From NCBI RefSeq assembly GCF_001949145.1, contig NW_019091360.1, positions 2,602,864-2,666,863 on the forward strand: 64,000 nt of DNA, in the 5' to 3' direction. Under the pieces are notes generated by a model, which saw nothing but the letters and a program-made list of their open reading frames with translations, was not told the DNA's origin and did no database searches. A program made the translations under genes and the position numbers. Below are positions 27,901 through 40,889 of the stretch, piece after piece (the stretch's first letter is position 1; each line of letters starts with the position of its first letter). Origin of the DNA: Acanthaster planci (taxonomy: Eukaryota).

Positions 27901-29828
27901 GGTGCAGGTACCGTCTTCGCCAATCAGTTCCGGCTTTCTGCACCTGCCGTCCTTCGGGTGCACCTCAATCAGAAACTGGACGGGGATGCGGCTGAGCGGA
28001 GTGCTGGGGTCGGAAGGGGAGTAGTCCTCGATCATCAGCGCCACGGCGTAGGTGCCGGCCGGGTTGCGCCGGTTGAACGTGATCTTGCAAGTGTCCTGCA
28101 AAATGAGGGAAACCGATTAAACAGCGTTTCAGTGCATTTGGAATAATACTGTTGTAGTTCTACGTATCAAAAATATCCATTCAGACTTAAGCCATGGTTA
28201 AATAACGTATTGAACATCGTGTTAGGAAACGTCAGGCGAAAGTGTGACGAACCTCCTCGAGGATCGCGCCTTTTTTCGTCCTGTCAGCATTTACGTAAAG
28301 CTCCCCACAGATGTCTCCATCGTCGTCATTACACTCATTCCTGTTAGGGTCGGTCCATCGACAACGCAACATATCACCGTCCGCGTCCCAAGCTACAATG
28401 AAAGACGACAAATTAAAGTATGATCAGGAAATGAAAAATCATTAATGACCCAACCCTATAAACCTGCATGTAATCATTTCCTGGAGGCTGGAAAAATGAA
28501 GGGAACTTACATTATCCACTTTGGGCTGGAGTGGTGTGTAATGGTGTTTATATCAAAGAGTGATTAAGTTAACTAATTTTATATATTTCGAAATTCTGCA
28601 ACAGGCAATCGATGTCAAGGGTGTCGACTAGCTTTATATAAAACATCTGCTACAAATAAAATTAATTTTCTCCAATTAAGGCGGGGTTCAGGGAACCGTT
28701 TCGACAGCAATCTCACCTCTGATGTAGCGCGTGTACTTGCATCCGCGGTACAACCTGTACACGGGGAAACTACCAGCAACGGGCGGGCTGTTCGGCCGGC
28801 CGGTGTCCGGTCGCGGGGAGATATCTATGGTGGACACCATGTTCCAGCCTCTGCCGTTCCCCTGGTCGTTGCCGTTGTTGGCCACTGTGGTCGGCCAGCA
28901 GCACTCCTTGAAGCTATACGAGAAGGTTGAAAACGGGGAGATCATTTTGGTTAATTTCTATCCTCAAGGACTGTTAACTGTTCGTCTCTGAAACTACGAA
29001 TCGGCATTCAATGCATCACTAGATATTAATAATGTACTTTAAGTGTGCACTAAATGTATCAGTCACGAAAAGAAAACTAAAGAATGTAAATTTAAGTGCA
29101 ATTATTTTCATGGTGTGAAAGACGTTTTAATGACGTGACAGACGTTACAGCTTAATAAAAAAAGATGCAAAATCGTCGATGGCTGTATAGAAATTGGAAA
29201 ATATTATCGACAAGAATGATTTCTCTAGACAAGAATGATTTCTCTAGACAAGAATGATTTCTCTAGACAAGAATGATTTCTCTAGACAAGAATGATTTCT
29301 CTCTTACTTGACATCAACTCTAGTTTGCCCTGGCTCCAGTGTGTAAGGCATGATGAAGTAGCCAGCGGACCAGTCCATAGCATCATCGTAGTCCGTGCAT
29401 ATGTATTTGGCCCACGAGATCCACTGGCCGTCTACCCGGAACGAACCCTCTGTGTTCAGCACCGATCGGTCTTCGATAGCCTGGTCAGTACACTGATTGT
29501 GGAGATAGCCGTTCGTGTAATGGTGTCTGAAGTTCAGACGGTAGAATACATTCACCTGAAAAGAAAGACGAAAGCGTGACTTTGAAAAATTTTGACCATA
29601 TACTATAGAAGTTTAATTCGGTGTAGTTCTGTTTTCAGTCTAAACAAATGTATCACAAGCGAGCGTTTTTTTTTTATAACCAAATCGACATTTACTTACG
29701 TTGTTTGGGTTGTTCTCGTCTGCTTTCCATGTTATGGAACCTCCTTTGTAATGACCAACATTCCTGTTAGCCAAGAGCTCAATGAATGAGCTTGCTATGC
29801 AGATTGAAAAAAGCAAAACAGCCCTCAT
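21952..29828 (-). CDS. ZP-domain type I membrane protein with N-terminal HYKGGSITW module and six Big_5/SbsA-like Ig repeats (~1509 aa)
   Basis: 18 GT-AG exons with consistent phase: 29828-29700, 29555-29308, 28913-28717, 28392-28253, 28095-27836, 27603-27401, 27192-27086, 26933-26577, 26415-26050, 25871-25506, 25329-24964, 24757-24386, 24151-23902, 23746-23517, 23396-22984, 22789-22684, 22559-22295 and 22106-21952 (4530 nt). Features: signal peptide MRAVLLFSICIASS; ZP motifs (C..MQTFVSK, CWATP, GCPVD, VYVHCDMRIC..C.MGC); furin site RRKR; TM IAMLGTIIFLLVVLVFM; short tail to TAA. Confidence 0.9.
25094..26187. repeat. Recent intragenic tandem duplication (~543-bp period, exon plus intron) in the ZP gene
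   Basis: 25094-25440 is nearly identical to 25636-25985, and 25445-25640 is nearly identical to 25989-26187, intron sequence included. Confidence 0.9.
29209..29303. repeat. 19-bp minisatellite x5 (GACAAGAATGATTTCTCTA)
   Basis: Five head-to-tail copies without spacers, adjoining the exon 2 splice donor of the ZP gene. Confidence 0.95.
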
Positions 29829-29985
29829 GATGCTGGCTTTGCAACAGCCGCCAAAAACTTGAAGTTGCTTTCCACAAATAATACAAGTCGCTCTCAGTGT
29901 ATACGGTACCACGAATCTTCACCCACTGTTGCTGTTGTTCTTTGGTGCCTATCGCTTGTTGTGACCTAACCTACTGCTGACAGAC

Positions 29986-29993
29986 TTTATATA
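29986..29993 (-). promoter_or_regulatory. Candidate TATA box of the ZP gene
   Basis: TATATAAA on the minus strand ~160 bp upstream of the ATG at 29828. Confidence 0.5.
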
Positions 29994-32900
29994 TCCTTTC
30001 CAGTGACCCACTTCAGACCACCTGCCCAGCAAAAGTTACGATCACAGCCACCGGAAGGCTGTTTATTATTTACGTAGGTGTTGGGCCCGCCAAAAAACAT
30101 ATCACTTTTCTTTCCCCTAGATTTCTGTTAGTCTGTCTGTTGTCAAGGCCGCATGCAACCGCATTCCATAGTAACTGACGTGGGAGAACTAGTAGATCAT
30201 GAATATCGAATAAGTTTCGAGGAACCAACTGGGGCACAAGACGGCAGATGACGCGACGGAAGTTGACGCGACCGTAAGCAAGCAGCCAATTGCTTAACTC
30301 TAAATCCATGACGTAGCGGGATGTCTGCTGCATAATGCATAACTAGAACTCAGCAAGGAGCCAACCACAAGCCGTCCAGACAAGTGGGCTCGTAGCTTCC
30401 AGATCCCATTCACAAAAAATGCTACGAAACCACTGTCACGTGCAAGGACGGAAAGTCCTTATAAGGTACTGGCAACTTTCCAAAAATAAGTTTCCAGGCA
30501 TCTGGAAAAATAATCCGCGGGGTCAGAAAGGTTGACAACCTAGTGTGATGAGTTACTGCTCGAGACTGCGTCTTGGCAGTTTCAGTCAAGGGCATGTAAA
30601 CGTCGTGCGTTTACCCCACTGGGCCAATTTAAACACCTGAATCACTGCTTCAACCCTTCAAGGTGGGACGTTCAGAGAACAGAAGCTGCTGCAAAGAATG
30701 AAAGCCTTTATGGTACACATACTTTCTGCAAGTACTACTTGAAGGTTTTTTAGAATCTTTGCAAGCAAGATTCTTCTCAGTCAATATTTATTTTCATGAC
30801 GAACACTTCCTGGTGCTGAGGCTAAACAAGTTAATTGTGAGATTATTTGCATTGAAAGCCGCACGTGTTTGCATGTGTATACACGAACCATCAGCCTTGG
30901 TTGAACTCACAACACAAGTAAAACTAATTTTTTTTCCATCGCTTGTCTTTCGTAATGACGGGAAGGTACATGAGTGTTTCCAAGACCTTTTTGGCTCATT
31001 AATTTTGTTTTAAGAGAAAAGGGTTAGCGTTTTTTATAAGTAATTAATTTTGTGAAATCGGACGTTTTTAAATATTGAAATGGTATATATTTTACGAAAC
31101 GTTTCTTTTAGTTAGCATGTCTTGAATATTTCTCGGTCAACGGGAGCCCTGCTTATTGAGAATAGATGTGAAGATTATGTGTCAATGGGAACCACGAGTA
31201 ACCATTAGATAGCAATATAGGAGCGCCACGTATGCTTCAACTTACCACACAACATTTTAATCTGAACTTGAAGAAAATGAGAAATTACGACCGCACAATC
31301 GTGTTGACAATTTCACCCAAAACATATGCGCCGAAATCTTCGCCTGGTTCTGACAGATATCTGTATCACCATTATACGCTGTTTCAAAGAAGCTTAAAAG
31401 TCAAGTTTGGATTTGCTTTGACGACGTGTCCGGAGGAGACCTCGAGGCAGGTCAAGCTGTGGTCAACGGGACAGACCACTAAACATTCCAATGACCGAAC
31501 GACTGATGCCCCGTTAGCCTCAAAATACAAGCCGGACGGCGCCGTGCGTTGCCGCAAACATAAAAGCAAGGCTGTGACCATCAGTTCGTTGGGAAAGTAA
31601 TTATTATGACACCCGTACGGACAGACTTATCATAACCAATTAGCCGACCTATGAAACTAATATGGAGGAAAACCTTTGTCTCATATGATGCCCTCTAATG
31701 GTCTTCGAATTTGAAATTGAAAACTGCAACCAACCCAGACGTAGGCGTACATGTAGAGAGGGCGTGTAGTGTTCGTTCGTGTACAGTGTATTACTGTCCA
31801 CAGCCCACCCGGTGATTGTCTTGTGTATTTCCGGCTTTCGTCTCCCAAACTGAGTTATTAAATAGGCGACGTTCTCATTAAATCTTGTACAGGGTTACGT
31901 GAGGTTATCCACTATAACTAATCATGAACAAATTGACAGGACAAAATAAGAAAGCAATGTGCTTTAAAAAGGGTTTCTACTTTGATCATTTATAGAGGCT
32001 TTACGTGATAGCCATCTCGCAGGGAAGTTCTTTTCTTCCACAGGGAAACCTCCTTTATGCATACCCTGTGGAACAGAAACACTGGTCTGCAAGATGGCAG
32101 CCATGCAAACCCTCTATTGAGGCAGTCTGTTACTAAATTTCTTCCATATAGCTACATGAAAAGATACTATGATCAATAAGATTCTAAACGGCAATATCGT
32201 CACAACGGCAATTTAATAAAGTTTCTTTGGAAGGTAAAAGAGAACATGTGAAAAAATCCAACGAGACGAAAACATTTCTTAAGTTTTTATATGCATAAAC
32301 CTATTTATGCCCACAGCTTTTCTCAAAGATGTTAACACAAGAGACTAAACAAGAATAAAATATTTTCTTGAGGGCCGGGTTTCCAGTAACGTGACGTAAT
32401 ACACAACCATACTCCATATGATACAAAATCAAACAAAACAAACTAGAGGAAGAAGAGACGCCCGTCTCAAATTAATGAAAACAGTAAGGGAGGAGGCAAA
32501 ATCTTAACGCCCCAAACAAACATAAACCCACTAAAAGTCTAGACGCCGCCTCTGTGGGGAGTTCGACACGCGGTCAAGCCGTTGAATTTCTTGTGTTCCT
32601 TTCACTATGTGTTAGCGTCTTATCTTAAAACAATACTTTGTTCTGTCAAGACAGACATTTTTAATCACCTGATGCCCGCGACACCAGGATATCGTTGCAA
32701 ATACAGAAACCGCTAAACAAACACTTCCGAAGGCAATAGTTTCCTTTAGATTATTGCGGACGGTAGTAGTGGAACATTATGTGTATACTTTCCTCTGAAA
32801 AACAGATTAAAGCAAGCCCAGGAATTCAAGCTTAGGATCGGTCGAGCCTCCCCTCGAAATCCCATTCAAAATCTGTGCTTCCAAGGACAGGTTCATATTC

Positions 32901-35900
32901 CCTGCCCACAAAATGATTGTAACCGCTACCTGCGCCCCGAAACTGGACCATCTTGCGAACCGAATGTTTCCTTTTAGCGAAACGATGGCGGGCGCAAGGA
33001 AAGAGTGGCACCGTGTTTCCGCGACCAAGCCGTACCGGCGTTCCGCGCGCCAACACGGATATCCTAAAGAAACCCCGACGTGGTCATATAACTGACCTAC
33101 TTTCGTTCACCGGACTTACTCTAGAGGAAAAAATGTGGTCGAACAGGACGCTGTCGTATCCCCATGAGGGGGATGTTAATAACTTTCTATCCGATTTTGT
33201 CCTTGCACTTTTCCCTGCTCGTCCTCCAGATTGTTGAGCCGACACTGATTTTTTTCACTCGGTTTTCTCTCACGTCTGACATTAATTGTATATTTTGCTT
33301 GGGGTTACAGGATTTGGCTGGTGTAGTGGGGGTTGAGGGTTTAAAATGATTCTTTGAGATGCCTTTCCATTTTGGTATCACTTTTCTGAGGTCGCTAAAG
33401 GTTTCCTTGGCGAAACACCATCATAGGCCGCGTCAGAATTTCTTGGCTGCGGCCGTAAGAAAAACTAAGCACGAGTCTACTGTGGTGGCCGGCCGCAAGC
33501 AGTTCCCATAGAACTGTGTGTAATTTAAAGCCGCTACTAATTGGCAATGTCAGAGCTGTGACGATCCTCGCTCCAAAGAACAGCAAACTGCTGCAATAAA
33601 TCTCTTGCCTCTGTGGTCCGAGTTTGCCATCTGAGCCAAAACCTAGGCCTATATAGCTTCAAAGCTGAAATTAATGGCGCTGTTAATTACTTGACGATTA
33701 TTCACTAGCTGCCTTTTAACATCGTGTTCTCCGGGTTCAGTTTATATGGTTTGCACAGTTCATCTGGGAAAGTGTCAGACTATTAATAGTTGCAGTGCTC
33801 TTCCGCACTTTCAGAAACATCCATCTTGCTATCAGGCAAAAGTGATTAAACTTTTAAGCCATCGCTGTGAATGATTCCTTTTGCATATTAGGCCTATATT
33901 CAGCGAAATATTCCACGGGGTCCGTGATGGGGAACATATCCCTCGGTTGAAAGTTGGATCGCCCCCGTGTTCCTAATCCCACTTGCCGCCCTCTTTCTTT
34001 GGATCAAAATGAAGAATATTTCGGTTGTGGTATAAATCTGACGAGATGTGGCAGTCAATCACAGTCAACTCATCGTGTGATGATTTAATCCGAAACTGGT
34101 GTTTTCCCCCGAACCATCTCTGAAGTCTGTGCGTCAAGAATGTACGGCAGTTTTGAAATTGTGCCGATTCTGGATGTTCCTATTACTGGGGAGAAGACTA
34201 GTGGGTGTTGCTATAGGCAGGGTGGGGGTGGGGGGTTGAATCTGTGTTCTTTTCTCCCCTGGCATACACATGGAACTCATCTATGCCGGCATGACTTTAT
34301 TCAACCCTGAAGGACTATATAGAGGCAGGGGCGTAATCCGCCGCTGTGTATATTTTCTCCAATATCGTCACAATGTTTGTTTTAATCGAGTCGCACATTT
34401 GACACTAATAGGCCTATGTCTGACAGTCTTATTGAGACCAGTTGTTATGGAAGTCGGACAAACCTGTCTCATCGTGCAAACTGTCACTTTTTTGAGACAC
34501 ATTGGCTGAAAACTTTGAATTTTTAAGTATATAACTTTACGTGCATGCCAAGTTTTAAAAAGATTGGTCACAGGGACAACCGAGATCTTTGGGGAGGAAT
34601 CCGCCGCAGAGGGTCCAACGTGTGGTGTTAACACCCTTGGTATCTATACGGGGCAACACTACAGTGATGCTTCCTTTACTTTTTCACCACAGTTTTTGTC
34701 AATTCTGCAGTGTTCAAAAGAATACATGTACGCCTATTTGCGTGCTGGCCGCTGTCTAGTGCGTCTCTTCGTTTACAGTTTTGTCTATTTGTCTATCTGC
34801 CCTTTTAAAAGTAGATAAATTACCATCGCAATTCATGTATCACTTGCACTATACATGACTGATAACAAGAAACCGCCCAAGCGACTGAACAGGGCGGATT
34901 CCCCCCCCCCCTTTCTGTACGTCTCTAGAGAAAGCAGGTATTTGTCACAGGAAGAGGGGCCAGTGTGAGCCAGACGCTACGGTGTGGAGTGGAAATGCAC
35001 GAATGCGTAACCATAAACGACAGGATATATCTATTTGTCATTACCATTTGACATTCCGGGAACTTCTTTGAGGAATTCAGACTTCTAGACTTCTGTCCTG
35101 TGACACTTTAGATGAGTTTCGGATGGGGGGGGGGTGGTGACCCGATTCATTATAGCAACGGACTTCCCTTAAAAGACCCAAATGAGAAAAATTTCTTACA
35201 TACGATTTATGCAACGTAATATTCTTGTCTATTGAAATCTATTTGATATTCATGTGGGTTAAACGTACTGAAAGGTGCCTTTTTGAATAGCTGAAGGCAT
35301 TGTTGCTGTGCTGTTAATCAGGCAATCAAGACACCGTTCATTTTATTGGTTTCTCAGTTGAAAATTGCGAAAGCAAAATCTGCTTTTTGGAGACATTTCT
35401 GATTAAAGGTTGCTCATTAGTTTATTGCAAGCACATACACAGCAATGGATAAGCAAGAAAATGCAACTTAGGCCGGTAGAAGTATTCATTAGCAAAAAAC
35501 AAAATGGCGCCCCTATACCCTTAAAAAGAGCACATAATAATTGGAAATAAGGATACTTGGGACACAAAGCTGCATTTTCAAGGGACTGTATAAATAGCCA
35601 TTGCATGGATCCTTTAATATTTCGGAGAATAGTCTTTTTGCATCACACTTGAAAAAAGCATCTTTTGGGGATCTTACTTTATCCAAATAACCCATAAAAC
35701 AAAACAAAACTTGACATGTCACTGGCCTGTTACACTTTGCCGGTACCAGCTCGTTCATTCTCTCGTTTCCGTCAGGAGGTTGTGCCGAGACTGCGGCTAA
35801 ACTGACCGCGCTGGGACAGTTATACAAACATGAGAGCTTCGATTGAGTCTGGATTCCGCGGTCAGCAACCCTCGGACAACGGCTCCTGGCTTAGTGTCGT

Positions 35901-36070
35901 GAAATCAAGTCGTGCATGCCTAAACAGAACCATCGCGCGAGGTTTGTATAGCAGTTTCCCTCCATAAATACGGTCCCCGCAACCCATTTGGACATACAAG
36001 AAAGGATTTCCTGAGTATACGTCTATATAAGATATTTTAGGTCTATCAGACGTTCGGGGGGGGGTTGTCC

Positions 36071-36246
36071 TAGTCTTGGCCCAAGACGTCAGTGATCGAT
36101 AGTTGTTTTATTTCTGTTGAAGAGCGCCCTCGCACAACTAGTTTTTACTTACTCTCGAGCTGACGCACAGTCTAATTATGAGTCATTAGGGGGCGCACTA
36201 TGCACGGTGTCCGCTATCAAGCACTAACGTCTTGAAACTAAGACTA
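36071..36246. mobile_element. MITE with TAG..CTA termini and 9-bp TSD (Academ-like)
   Basis: TIRs TAGTCTTGGCCCAAGACGTCAGTGATCGATAG / CTATCAAGCACTAACGTCTTGAAACTAAGACTA. Perfect TSD GGGTTGTCC at 36062-36070 and 36247-36255. Confidence 0.8.
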
Positions 36247-37275
36247 GGGTTGTCCATAAAGTACACACGCAGGGGAAAGGAGTACACCAACTTGATCTGA
36301 CCAACGCCACCAGGCTGAAATTTAAAGTGTACACATGCGGGTAGAGAGCCCCCCATACTTGGTATGCATGAGATCAATCCTGTCTATCGACAGGGCATAA
36401 TAGCATTGTCGTCGAGTATCGCAATATCTTCAAAAAGGGATTTCTTTTGTCTCTGCTATCCCGCCATTTCAGAGTTGAGGCAGTTATACGATCCCTCTCG
36501 CAGCTAACCAAGTGGGGTTGTGCATTTACGGGTAGTTTAAACGATTGGAGTTTAAACGAAGGAAGAAATACGTCAAACAAATTAAAAAACCTTGTGTGTA
36601 CCGTCCACTTACAATTTGGTGCCATTTGACATACTCATGAAAATGGCCTCAACCTTCAGCCATTTTTTTTCTAGTCCAAAGTAATGGTAACTTGGGCTTT
36701 ACGCGTGGACAGCAGCAGAGAAAAATTGACATAAAATTCTGGAGCATTTTTTAGGAATGTTGGTTCCAAATTCACATGGTCAGTCTTGAGCAATCTAAGC
36801 GGCAAACTCGAGGCAGAACTTTTCTTGAGGAGAAGGTGAGACGAGGCCTAACATTTGTTTTCAAATTGACCCCGATATTTTCGGCCTTGAGTGACTCCGG
36901 GATCATAAAACGTCGCCCCTGTCGACGAAAATACTCACAATCGAGGCTATCAAAGTTACCAGACTACGTGATCTCGCTGGGCGTTATTGTAACCAATCGG
37001 AAATAAATTCATTCAGGCAGCACAGTCACTGACAAAAATGATCGAGTCGAAGGTTGTTCACGTCAGGGGCGTACACGTACACGACACAAGTGGGACGCTA
37101 GCGCTGATGTGGTTACGCCACGTGACAGCCACCCGCCGAGGTTGTCTGATTTGTGGCCAAGATCAGTGGTCGATGTCGCCGCACGATTCCAGATGATTAA
37201 TAAATTTCTCTGTTACTTTCATAGCATAAGTTGCCTACTTTCCGTGGTTTGAAGACTTGCAAGTCCGTAGGCAAC

Positions 37276-37323
37276 ATGTTGCCCTGTATGTTGCCCTGTA
37301 TGTTGCCCTGTATGTTACCCTGT
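37276..37323. repeat. 12-bp tandem repeat x4 (ATGTTGCCCTGT)
   Basis: Read directly from the sequence; the last copy has one mismatch. Confidence 0.9.
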
Positions 37324-40300
37324 AGGGGGCACGTACACTGCAATTTGTTCGAAGCAGCCCCCTTAAAGATTTCTCACCCTCCTCTGTTCCGTGAGACTTT
37401 CATATAATTGACAAACAATATTCCAAAGTAATGACGACATTACATTAGATATGCGTTCATTATGGGAAACTTTTTGTCAAGAAAATTGGTGGTAGCTTAA
37501 TTAATTCACGAGCATGAAGAGAACATGCTAGATATGAAGTGTGTAATAAATCAATTCAAATTTGTTCATTTCTGTATCATTAATGCTGTGTCCCCCGTAG
37601 TTATACACGTATATGCATTTCTACTTCATGGTGAATTGGAAATTGTAAGTATTTAGTTCTTTCAAATGATCATTTCATACCAATGCGATTACATTTTCTA
37701 ACGAATGCCCTGTTTACCAATTTTCTATCGCTGGGCAAAGATACAAATAAATGACCCCAAAGAACTCTGCATTCGTGATGCATCATACATTTCCATTACC
37801 TATGAGAAGTTACGGCAGACCGATTCATCGCACCGTAATGACACTATTAGTCCCCATAAATAGTTTATGACAGCGATTAATGTGAACCCACACCTACATT
37901 TTGGAAACAGTTGCTGATAGAAAAATGCTTCGTTTGCTCAAAAAGCGAAGAGCAAGTTGATTGATTACACATAAATTTTCACGAAATTGAAACAAAACAA
38001 AGCACATGCTGTTTGTTGAACACACAATACAAAGTCACAGGCGCGTATGCTCAAGGCGCTTAAGTTCTACACCATATAGCGTCAAGAATGAAGTAAACTA
38101 TTCGGTCAAGAGCGTGGGCTTAGGTCTAAATCTGCTGGAATCTGATAAGATAAGTCGCCAAGTAAACAAACTCTGACTTGGAGATATAAAGGAATTATCA
38201 TGATTCATTATTTCTAGGTATAGGCTTGCAATGTGCACATGGTGATGGAATATGGGTGTGTGAAAGGTGAAGTTAGGTATATACTCGGTCGGAATCTCAC
38301 CATGTGTAGTTCATGTCTGGGATTATTTGAGATGGCCAATGAAGCAGAGTTTATGTGCAGCATTTTACTCAAGGAATCTCCTTCTATCGACTTCTCCCCC
38401 CCTTTTTGTTCTAAACTTACGCAAACCGGTTCACATTTGCAGTTAGACATAGTGAAAAATTAACTCCTGGCAGGAACTTTAAAGACAACAAAGACAAGAT
38501 GTTAGATCATTCCGGCGCTTAAAATCACGATGCTTGGCTGCACATGCGCACAGCGGTTTATGACTGACCAGCTCAGTAATAAAATCCAGTTCGACACAAC
38601 ATCTGGAACTTCAAGCAGAATCAAGAATTCATTTCCCAAGCAGACTCAAACCTCAAAGCTCATGACGGAAGGTTGTTATAAAAACATTAAACAGCACTTT
38701 ATCACCCGTATTTAATTACACGTTGGGCTTAATCACCATTATTTTAATCTGTCCTCGCTCAGTCGTATTGCCTCTCAAGTTCTCGTGTCAAACTGCTTTC
38801 AAAAGTGCAATCTCACTTTATGTCAGCACTCAACGTGAGAAGGCGGAAGACAACCTAATTTTTCCGAGTGATGAAGCGGATCCAATTATTTCTACCCCTT
38901 GGTTGTCAGACTGTGGTTAAAAGGTAAACAGACTTGTGTGTATACTGTCACTTTCAGGGGGACTTACTGACCGTGGCCGGGGGTCTTCAGGTGGTAAACC
39001 TTTGTTTGAGTCATCTTGGAGAAATCACAAACAACTTGCGAAAACAAGCAGCTAGAAGGGGCGTCTTGTGGGCCGGGGCCTCTGTAGGTGGATAGAACCA
39101 CAGAGAATAACAAAAAGTCAACAGAAAGTCTGTGACAAACATCAGTTGACTGAAAAAAGGAAGCCCCTTAAAATTCCTGAGTGTTGCTTCAGAATATAAA
39201 AATTCTTTAAATACATTTTCAGCTGCAGGTCTATGTATTTTTTATTTTTAGAATTACATAATCCATTTTCTTTATCTTCATGTTAACAACAGTTCCACAC
39301 TCTAATGCCCTCAAACTCGAGGAAAGCAATTTGATTCTTATGCCCAAGACAGAAGAGCGTGAATATCGAGCAGAGAGAGAGCTTAAATGGTCTCATTTAA
39401 TGATAACAGACAACGGGAAGAGCCACTGCAAAGCTCGTTTTTACTTTTGGGACCGTTTATCAGCCCGGTTCCCGTTCTATTTAAGTGTAATGAATCAAAT
39501 CGACTCAATCAATCCTGGACTTTATGTAATCATTGAACCATTAGGATCATATTTATAAATCGTGGTTAAAAGTCCCAAAACTAAAATTGTATGGTTATTG
39601 AGTTGACTTTCCCGTTGATGAACAAGGCACCAAGTTACTCCTTTTTCAACGACCGTCACGTTTTTAACCGATTTGATTCAACATTACAAAATAATGGCAA
39701 GGCCAAGTATGCTTGAACCAACAATCCTAACAACTTTAAAGTTCAAGTTTTGATGTATATGTATATATATGTGTGTGTGTTAATCGTGTTTAAAGTAATA
39801 TGGGTAGCACTAATTAACCTAATCGATATATCTACGCCCTTAGACGAAATAAGAACTAAACCTGAAGGTTTGAAATTGAAGGAAGTGTTTTTAAAACTCT
39901 CTCTACAAAGTGATCAAACTGACAACCAGGAAAGCTAGCTCAATTGCATCAATACTAGGCTGAATAAAGACCCTGCAGTGGCATTTAACTAGAATTAAAT
40001 TCACTCAAAACTAACTCGAATTTGCATCTCTCCTACACAAAGACCAAGCAACAGTTTCCAAAGCACAGTAACTGAAAAGAGGGATATTTCCTCCCACGTT
40101 TTCTGATGAACTGCCATGATAAAACCACAGCTATTTTTCATATCCATTCAGAACTTGTTTGTAATTGGTTGACAGGCATTAAATCCCGTAGGATCAACAA
40201 CAGCTCACCAAATTATGACCTGAAACTAACCGCTGATTAGTTGCTATGACAGGTGTGCGTGGGTGATCGACCAAATTAGAATGTGCAATGCGGCAGGCGG

Positions 40301-40889
40301 GTAAAATCCCTGAAGGCGTTTGGCTAAAGGTTTCTTGAATTAAACGTTGTTGTAGGTCTGTTTTATGCTGGGTGAACTTCAAGATACTGAGACGGTTCTG
40401 CCACTTGCTAAACACTTGGGCTAAGCGAGAAAGTAATTGTGATCATTTACAAGCTATGCGTGTACTTTCAGTACCCATTCCACAAAACTTTTACAACCGC
40501 CCCACATATTTCAGACAGAAAAAAAAGGTAAAATCCTCGGAACAGCGTATAAACGGCGCCCTCTCTTGATTCCTTTCGACTATGCGCTAAGCATTGTTGA
40601 CCGGATCTGGACGGAGGTCATAGTCGAAATGTACATGTACGTGTGCATGCATTGCTATGCACGTGTGCTGCTGCCGTGATGAAAAACATGACAATGAAGG
40701 ATTCGTAGATTTAAGGTAGGATTTCACTTCTGCACATGAACAGGATTTAAAAATTGACGTAACAAAATAACATAAGTATATCTACGATGTTTACTGTGGT
40801 TTGTCGTCCACCACGCCCCCATCCCACGAACGTTCACGGGACTTGGGACCGGGAGCACCGCACCGCGAACTGGAAGCGTAATTTTTTTT

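Noticed and set aside
29209..29303. CRISPR-like array
   Set aside because: The repeats are contiguous with no spacers, the context is a eukaryotic intron, and no cas genes are present.
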